Shown in pieces: positions 58,374 to 64,000 of a stretch of DNA of 64,000 bases. The translations under genes were made by a program, and so were the position numbers. The stretch is from a bacterium (GTDB taxonomy: Bacteria > Omnitrophota > Gorgyraeia > Zapsychrales > Zapsychraceae). Below the pieces are notes generated by a model, which did not search any database, was not told the origin of the DNA, and saw only the letters and a list, made by a program, of their open reading frames with translations. Numbering within the stretch: the first letter of the stretch is position 1; each line of letters opens with the position of its first letter. The stretch lies in the NCBI GenBank assembly GCA_030429765.1, contig JAUIER010000007.1, positions 4,372-68,371 on the forward strand, written 5' to 3'.

Positions 58374-58577
58374 TTATTTCCTCAATATGTAGATTTCAAG
58401 AATCAGATAGAGATACGTGACCAGAAAAATGATCCCGTACCACCACCAATCCAGATCCAGGATCCAGGACCAGGTCTTGGCCAGCAATAGAGCCAAACTG
58501 AACACACAGATCTTGAGCAGAGCGATATCCTGCCACTTCATCCGTCTGACGCGCTCATTCATCCAGTCTCCGATCAT
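58374..58577 (-). CDS. Small two-TM membrane protein, paralogue of the gene at 55535..55744
   Basis: 67 aa; see the paralogue alignment under 55535..55744. Confidence 0.5.
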   Translation of the reverse strand: MIGDWMNERVRRMKWQDIALLKICVFSLALLLAKTWSWILDLDWWWYGIIFLVTYLYLILEIYILRK

Positions 58578-58592
58578 GATCGCCTCCTTGTA

Positions 58593-59765
58593 TTATTCCT
58601 CTTTGAGAATATCCGCACAACTTTCCGCCTGATCCTCTTGAAAACCGATTTCACCCGTGTGTTTGATAAACTTGATGCTTTCGATAATTTCATCCACGAC
58701 CGGACGATATTCCAGCTGCGCCCGCTGTGAAGCAAAGGTAAATTTGATACCGTGAATATCGTAGTGATCGATTAAGTAATAGTCCTCAATCGGCTGATCC
58801 GGATTTTCCAGTAGAAATCCCAAGACCTTAATCGAATCACGCCCGCAAAGTTCGATGCGCTCGACGCTGTAATTGTCCGCGTACCGGTACTGGGCATCCA
58901 GCGCCTCATGGCTGAATTCCGACAACAGCTTCAGCTCATGCGGACTCTCTGAAATTTCCAGCTCAACGGAAGGATGCTCAGATATCGTGATCATCAGGGT
59001 ACGGTGTCGTTTCTTGAGTTTCCATTCCGGACGGCAGGCAAATTCCATCCCGAGCAATTCACTGCTGCACATATGGTGGCTTTCACGTTCCACGCCCTGA
59101 AACAACTTTTCCTGCATGACATTCATCATCAGCTTGCGGTCATGATCATAATTTTCCTGTTTGATCAACACGCCGTCAGCATAGACTGACTTAATCTTTA
59201 AAACACCGTCCGGATAATATTCGCGCACATCCCCTTCAAGGACTCCATCTTGATAATTAAACTCCTCCCAGACGCTGCCATCCTCGTAGTACGTTCGTGC
59301 GACGCCTTGTTCACGGCCGTCTTTGTAATTGGCCTCCGCTGCCCAGGTTCCGTCGGGATAGTACACACGATGAACCCCGACTTCGCGTCCATCCTTGTAT
59401 TGTCCCTCGGCTTCGAGCGTTCCGTCGTTGTAGTACAAACGGTAGTATCCATCCTGCCTGTTGTTCTTATAATCCAGCTTCAGACGTAACGTGCCGTCCT
59501 CACAATAATCGCGGTAGGCGCCGTGCATCATCCCGTCTTCGTATTCGACTGACATCTTGAGGTTTCCATTGGGATGATACTCTCTGTAGAAGCCGTCATC
59601 ATTATCTTCAAAACAGTTGGTCTCAGAGAAGACCTCGCCGGATTCATAAAATTCCCGCCGGATCTCACCGCCGCCTTCCGCGTTTAGGGGACTACAGACA
59701 ACAAAAAAGAGGCCCGTAAACACAAAAAAGCCAACCAGGACTTTTCGAGTCAAGTTGAGTGACAT
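58593..59765 (-). CDS. MORN-repeat-variant (YwqK-like) protein with N-terminal signal/TM
   Basis: Eight or more tandem repeats of about 23 aa: YY.DGTL..EG.YKDG...G....YY.DG (e.g. YYNDGTLEAEGQYKDGREVGVHRVYYPDGTW). Confidence 0.7.
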   Translation of the reverse strand: MSLNLTRKVLVGFFVFTGLFFVVCSPLNAEGGGEIRREFYESGEVFSETNCFEDNDDGFYREYHPNGNLKMSVEYEDGMMHGAYRDYCEDGTLRLKLDYKNNRQDGYYRLYYNDGTLEAEGQYKDGREVGVHRVYYPDGTWAAEANYKDGREQGVARTYYEDGSVWEEFNYQDGVLEGDVREYYPDGVLKIKSVYADGVLIKQENYDHDRKLMMNVMQEKLFQGVERESHHMCSSELLGMEFACRPEWKLKKRHRTLMITISEHPSVELEISESPHELKLLSEFSHEALDAQYRYADNYSVERIELCGRDSIKVLGFLLENPDQPIEDYYLIDHYDIHGIKFTFASQRAQLEYRPVVDEIIESIKFIKHTGEIGFQEDQAESCADILKEE

Positions 59766-59946
59766 CTGCGATCACCTCCCTCACATCTCTAAACGGTTGA
59801 CTATGGCCACGCCTCGCTCAGGCGTGATCTATGTGATTATATATTTCAGACCTCTACTATTATTATAGATCCGCGTAGAATTTGAAAACATTCGGAATAG
59901 CAAGCAAAAAACTGCGGGGAATTACGTAGATATTGAAGCGTAGGGA

Positions 59947-60666
59947 TTACAGCTTGACCGTATAACTCATAACCAGACCGATCAATCCACCGAAGACACC
60001 TCCCCACACGACGAGCCAGCCCAGATGCTCACGGATCATCGTTTGAATGATATCCTTGACCATCACGGGTGTTAACTGCTCGAGGCGCTGATCGATGATC
60101 TCCTCGATCTTGCTGATGACCTCCTGACTGACATGCGACGGCAGGATATTGTCTTCCAACGCGGACAAAAAGGCCTGACTGTGGGTCATATCCAACAGCA
60201 GACGTTTGGTCTTCTTACGGAAGACCGGACGGATCGGCTCAAAGGCCGTCTTGGCACCGACGATTGAGAGCACATTACCGACCTTGGAATCCAGGGTGAT
60301 CTCGACAAAACGGTCAAACATTTCATTAAAATCAATCGCGTCGATCACCGGTTCAAAATTGATATGCGCGGCGGTGGATTCAGACTGACCTTTAAAAAAC
60401 ATGTCCACGTTTTCGTCGGTAAAAAATTCGCTCATCACCAGGTGTTTAATCCCGCCTTTAAATTCCTCAAATCGGTTGGGGACGACACCGGAACCATATA
60501 AAAACGGCACGCGCTCGAAAAGCATGTAAATGGCCAGCCAGTTGGTGATAGCCCCGGACAAGGCAAAGAATCCGACAGACAGGATCTGTTCTTGATACTG
60601 TGGCGAAAAATATCCACCCACAATAACCGCCGCGGCAACTATATTGGTAAGAAGGCTTTTATTCAT
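59947..60666 (-). CDS. DUF445-family membrane protein
   Basis: N-terminal TM pair and a C-terminal HLGWLVVWGGVFGGLIGLVMSY amphipathic/TM end typical of DUF445. Confidence 0.55.
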   Translation of the reverse strand: MNKSLLTNIVAAAVIVGGYFSPQYQEQILSVGFFALSGAITNWLAIYMLFERVPFLYGSGVVPNRFEEFKGGIKHLVMSEFFTDENVDMFFKGQSESTAAHINFEPVIDAIDFNEMFDRFVEITLDSKVGNVLSIVGAKTAFEPIRPVFRKKTKRLLLDMTHSQAFLSALEDNILPSHVSQEVISKIEEIIDQRLEQLTPVMVKDIIQTMIREHLGWLVVWGGVFGGLIGLVMSYTVKL

Positions 60667-60744
60667 TGTCTCAATCTACCTCAAATAAAAACGGAAGTCC
60701 ACGATCAAATGACCACGGACTCCCGCTGTAAAGCATGTGACGGA

Positions 60745-61026
60745 TTAATCTTGCCGATCGGTGATCTCGACGAGATGGTAACCGAATTGCGTCCTGACCG
60801 GCCCGTGAACCTTTCCGACCTCTTCGTTGAAGACGACCTGATCAAATTCCGGCACCATTTGTCCCGGTGAAAATTCACCCAAGGCCCCTCCGCTCTTACC
60901 GGATGGGCATTTAGAATGCTGCTTGGCCGCCTCCGCAAAATCAGTACCGCCTTCGATTTCACCTTTGAGTTTGATGCATTCTTCTTCAGATTCGACGAGA
61001 ATATGCCGAGCGCTTGCTTTAGCCAT
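60745..61026 (-). CDS. ppiC: Parvulin-type peptidyl-prolyl cis-trans isomerase PpiC
   Basis: MAKASARHILVESEE...DFAEAAKQHSKCPSGKSGGALGEFSPGQMVPEFDQVVF...GPVRTQFGYHLVEI, near collinear with E. coli PpiC. Confidence 0.8.
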   Translation of the reverse strand: MAKASARHILVESEEECIKLKGEIEGGTDFAEAAKQHSKCPSGKSGGALGEFSPGQMVPEFDQVVFNEEVGKVHGPVRTQFGYHLVEITDRQD

Positions 61027-61039
61027 GTCTGCTATCCTT

Positions 61040-61780
61040 TCATTTTTGTGTGTCGGTTTTTGTAAAAATTGTAATATGCTGAATCGGCAGGTCATACGAT
61101 GTCCTGACCCAAGTCAAGCCCACCGCCTCCATCTCTTTACGGATCTGTGCGACAGTCATTTTGTGAAGACGTTTGACCATATTGTTGGGATCCTCACCCT
61201 CATACTCCACCAAGACGACTCGTCCGCCGGGTTTTAAAGCCCGCACAATGGATTCCATCATCTCGCGCGGATGTGAAAACTCATGATACGCATCGACCAT
61301 AAACGCGATGTCGACGCTACGCGCCGGCAGACCTGTATTTTCAATATCACCTTTGTGAATCTCGACATTCGAAAGCGACAGCTGACGCTTCCGGTCGTGC
61401 AGATAGCCGATCATTTTATCATCGATCTCCACGGCAATCATCCGCCCCTTCGGGATCAAAGGCGCAATGCGGAAGGTAAAATATCCCGAGCCCGCGCCGA
61501 TATCCGCCACGACATCATCAGATTTCAGCTGAAGCTCACGAATCAAGACCTCGGGTTTTTCGGTCTCATTGCGATCTTGCCGCTCAAGCCAGGCAATGGC
61601 TCCGTGACCGTTGACCAGATCGGAAATCTCACGTCCCATGTAGAATTTGCCGATCCCATCTTCCGACGCAGCTCCATAACTGTAATACGCTGGACCGGCA
61701 TCCATCCGCGTCTGGACCAATAACATGATTCCCACGCCGATAATCAACCCGAACAGCAGAACAATTAAACGTCGATTCAT
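61040..61780 (-). CDS. Class I SAM-dependent methyltransferase with N-terminal signal anchor
   Basis: Motif I VADIGAGSGYFTFRIA, motif II RMIAVEID and post-I GGRVVLVEY; N-terminal TM LIVLLFGLIIGVGIMLLV. Confidence 0.75.
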   Translation of the reverse strand: MNRRLIVLLFGLIIGVGIMLLVQTRMDAGPAYYSYGAASEDGIGKFYMGREISDLVNGHGAIAWLERQDRNETEKPEVLIRELQLKSDDVVADIGAGSGYFTFRIAPLIPKGRMIAVEIDDKMIGYLHDRKRQLSLSNVEIHKGDIENTGLPARSVDIAFMVDAYHEFSHPREMMESIVRALKPGGRVVLVEYEGEDPNNMVKRLHKMTVAQIRKEMEAVGLTWVRTSYDLPIQHITIFTKTDTQK

Positions 61781-61794
61781 ATGTCAATCTTCGC

Positions 61795-62175
61795 CTATTT
61801 CGATTCCAACGCCGCAATCGCTGTCGCTTCATCAGGATAGATTTTAAAAGATTCCGTCAGCTTGTGAATATCGATCAGCTGAAGGATAAGGTCCGGCAAA
61901 TTGATAAACGCGATCCGGTGAAATAAATCCTTACCCTCTTCCATACGCATCAGAAAATTAGCGACCGTCGCACTGTCCACATCCGTGACGTACTGATAAT
62001 CGACCAGTATCGAGAGATGTTTGCGCTCATCGATGTTGTGCAGACGGATCAGTTCGTCGATCATCTTCTGAGACTGCGGCAGTGTTTGCGCATTGATCGC
62101 CCCGAATACCTGGACGATAATTAAATCGCCCCGCTCTTTGGCGATAAAACTTGGCGGTCTGATTTCTTCAGTCAT
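61795..62175 (-). CDS. STAS-domain protein (anti-sigma-factor-antagonist-like)
   Basis: 126 aa; ..DLIIVQVFGAINAQTL..., the alpha/beta STAS pattern. Confidence 0.55.
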   Translation of the reverse strand: MTEEIRPPSFIAKERGDLIIVQVFGAINAQTLPQSQKMIDELIRLHNIDERKHLSILVDYQYVTDVDSATVANFLMRMEEGKDLFHRIAFINLPDLILQLIDIHKLTESFKIYPDEATAIAALESK

Positions 62176-62179
62176 ATTG

Positions 62180-63025
62180 TTAATTCGGGTTTAGGCGCGA
62201 ACCGCAGAAGCGGCAAAAAATAGCGTCCGCCTCGTGCCCTTCGCGTGTGCATTCCGGACAGACCTCTGTGGTCTGTTTGCCATACATGGTCTTGTGAAGC
62301 TCGACGGAAAATATCCCGGTCGGCACCACAATAATCGCATAGCCCATGATCATGATCAGCGACGCCATGATCTGCCCCAGCACGGTCTGCGGCGCGATGT
62401 CGCCATATCCGACGGTGGTCATGGTCACAATGGCCCAATAAATACTGCGGGGGATACTGGTAAATCCATGTTCCTCCCCCTCGATCAGGTACATGACCGT
62501 TCCAGTGATAATCGTCATCGTCACCACAATCAGCAGGAAGACCATCATCTTGTTGAGCGACGCGCGCAGTGAGCGGCGCAGGACATTATATTCACTTAGC
62601 AGATGCCCGAGCTTAAGCACCCGGAACACACGCAGTAGCCGCAGAGCCCGAATCACCAGCAGGGACATCGCCCCTTCAAACAAAAACGCGCTTAGGTACG
62701 TCGGAATTATCGCGAGCAAATCAACAATACCCAAAAAACTGAGCGCGTAATTCATCGGACGCTTTACACAGTACAGACGCAGCACGTATTCCACGGTAAA
62801 AATAATCGTAAAGAACCACTCGAGGCCGATGAGAAAACCGCGATACTGCAGCGAGATCGACTGAACACTTTCGAGGATGACAGCGAGCACACTGATGACG
62901 ATCGCGGACAGTAATCCAATATCAAACGCCTTACCCGCGGGCGTCTCGGCCTCGAAGATTATGTCAAATAGACGCGAGCGGAGCGGTTCGGGATGTTTGT
63001 CGATCTGTGTGGATTTGGCGGACAT
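62180..63025 (-). CDS. Voltage-gated K+ channel (6-TM, Kv-like) with C-terminal zinc-ribbon tail
   Basis: S4 voltage sensor with Arg every third residue (LRALRLLRVFRVLKLGHL), K+ selectivity filter TTVGYGD, and a C-terminal CPEC...CRFCG Zn-ribbon. Confidence 0.8.
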   Translation of the reverse strand: MSAKSTQIDKHPEPLRSRLFDIIFEAETPAGKAFDIGLLSAIVISVLAVILESVQSISLQYRGFLIGLEWFFTIIFTVEYVLRLYCVKRPMNYALSFLGIVDLLAIIPTYLSAFLFEGAMSLLVIRALRLLRVFRVLKLGHLLSEYNVLRRSLRASLNKMMVFLLIVVTMTIITGTVMYLIEGEEHGFTSIPRSIYWAIVTMTTVGYGDIAPQTVLGQIMASLIMIMGYAIIVVPTGIFSVELHKTMYGKQTTEVCPECTREGHEADAIFCRFCGSRLNPN

Positions 63026-63029
63026 AGGC

Positions 63030-63446
63030 TTACGGCTTGAGCGCGATCACCATGATCACCGCGATAGCCAGGATCGTCATGATCAACGCGATCATCCGCC
63101 CTGCCCCTGGCCGGGGCTTGGCCGGTGCTGTCGGCGCCGTACGGACAGTTGGCCCCTTCGCGTACTGTGATAAATCCGAATTTCCGGTAAAGGAGTTCCT
63201 GGACTTGGCGTCGTCGAGGAATTGTTCAATGATCTTTTTGGCCCGCGGCGCATCTTCCGGGTGCAACAAAACCGTCCGCCGGCTTTTGGCCCAGTGCTTC
63301 TCCATCTGAAAGTGCGGATGCACCGGCTGGGCGGCCCGCTCTTCAAGTTTCACCCGGCAGTGCTTATCCGTCAAAATCCTGACAAGTCGTTCAGCCAAAT
63401 GATCATCCAGTTCCAGATAATATTTTTCCCATTTTTTTGTATTCAT
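63030..63446 (-). CDS. Hypothetical protein with C-terminal TM (DUF2007-like N-terminal region)
   Basis: Small alpha/beta N-terminal domain, a Pro-rich linker and a C-terminal TM (MIALIMTILAIAVIMVIAL). Confidence 0.4.
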   Translation of the reverse strand: MNTKKWEKYYLELDDHLAERLVRILTDKHCRVKLEERAAQPVHPHFQMEKHWAKSRRTVLLHPEDAPRAKKIIEQFLDDAKSRNSFTGNSDLSQYAKGPTVRTAPTAPAKPRPGAGRMIALIMTILAIAVIMVIALKP

Positions 63447-63462
63447 AAATTCAACCTACATC

Positions 63463-63801
63463 CTAAAAATTTGTGAAATGCTTGATCTCTTTGACCCGAC
63501 GCTGATCGTCAAACAGCAGGATGATATTTCTCCAGGCCCGATACTCCCAGCGTTTACCAAAATTCATGTACGGCTCGCCCCAGCTGGCAACGACCTGATC
63601 CATCGTCATCCCAACAATGACCGTACCCGCTTCAATGGCTTCATTAATCTCCTCATCCGGCACGGAATTATATTTGAGAAACCGCATTCGGGATTCCTTA
63701 TCAGGCTGCGCGAAGGGTTTGAGTTTTTTGGCAGCACATCCACCCAGCGCCAAGGCGCTCATACATACAAGAACACCAATTACGGCATAACTACGTCTCA
63801 T
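63463..63801 (-). CDS. BamE/SmpA-OmlA-like outer-membrane lipoprotein
   Basis: Lipobox LALGGC, then GMTMDQVVASWGEP, like the SmpA_OmlA motif G.T..QV...G.P. Confidence 0.55.
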   Translation of the reverse strand: MRRSYAVIGVLVCMSALALGGCAAKKLKPFAQPDKESRMRFLKYNSVPDEEINEAIEAGTVIVGMTMDQVVASWGEPYMNFGKRWEYRAWRNIILLFDDQRRVKEIKHFTNF

Positions 63802-63802
63802 A

Positions 63803-64000
63803 CTACTCCTTTTTTAGTAAATTACCGACGGCGGAGCGCACGGCATCACTGGTTAATCCTTTTTCCGACGCAATCGCCATGGCCTGTTCGGCCGAAACAT
63901 TCTGATGCCGATTCAGATACAAACCCCAAAGGCCTGCCACCCGATTGCCCGACCCGCAATGCAGGATCGCCGGCCGATTGTCCTTGTCCTCAAGTATCTT
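63803..64000 (-). CDS. Partial (C-terminal 65 aa) DUF442 / protein-tyrosine-phosphatase-like protein
   Basis: Contains the active-site P-loop HCGSGNRV (CX5R). The gene continues beyond the window end. Confidence 0.5.
   Translation of the reverse strand, partial: KILEDKDNRPAILHCGSGNRVAGLWGLYLNRHQNVSAEQAMAIASEKGLTSDAVRSAVGNLLKKE

Noticed and set aside
59808-59826. Short hairpin CACGCCT-cgctc-AGGCGTG between the DUF445 and MORN genes as a terminator
   Set aside because: No adjacent U-run on the relevant (minus) strand. Probably an incidental palindrome or a weak regulatory site, with insufficient support.
1-64000. CRISPR arrays, rRNA or tRNA genes
   Set aside because: No regularly spaced direct repeats of 25-40 bp were found. 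No T-psi-C-like GGTTCGAATCC motifs or rRNA-like conserved blocks occur in the few non-coding stretches. The window is about 93% protein-coding.

Overview
This 64 kb bacterial window splits into two parts. Roughly 0.3-43.3 kb is a single plus-strand exopolysaccharide (EPS) biosynthesis/export island of the PEP-CTERM/exosortase (XrtA) type. The rest (43.4-64 kb) is mostly minus-strand housekeeping genes.

The EPS island contains:
- export and chain-length machinery: Wza-like exporter, Wzz/GumC-like co-polymerase, ExeA-like AAA ATPase, split BY-kinase, Wzx flippase;
- an unusual Wzy-like polymerase fused to a periplasmic beta-helix domain;
- about 10 GT4 genes (including three atypical paralogues), two GT2, one GT9;
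- a polysaccharide deacetylase, O-acetyltransferase, methyltransferase and ATP-grasp enzyme;
- exosortase plus EpsI, a priming sugar transferase, and two PEP-CTERM substrate genes;
- a PrsK/PrsR-like sensor kinase / sigma-54 activator pair with rpoN next to the island, and two near-consensus sigma-54 promoters that share an upstream motif;
- galE and a second epimerase.

A REP-associated tyrosine transposase (RAYT) flanked by perfect 28-bp inverted REP repeats (a REPtron) is inserted at the 3' end of one GT gene, next to rpoN.

The second part encodes an aerobic-type molybdenum hydroxylase (FAD, 2Fe-2S and Mo subunits) with XdhC and MocA accessory genes, nadC, cyclophilin and parvulin PPIases, a CPBP protease, and a tag gene interrupted by an in-frame amber codon. 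It also holds a Kv-like K+ channel and several small conserved-hypothetical membrane proteins, two of them paralogues.

No rRNA, tRNA or CRISPR array was seen. All calls come from reading the supplied ORF translations and the sequence by eye; no database search was run.
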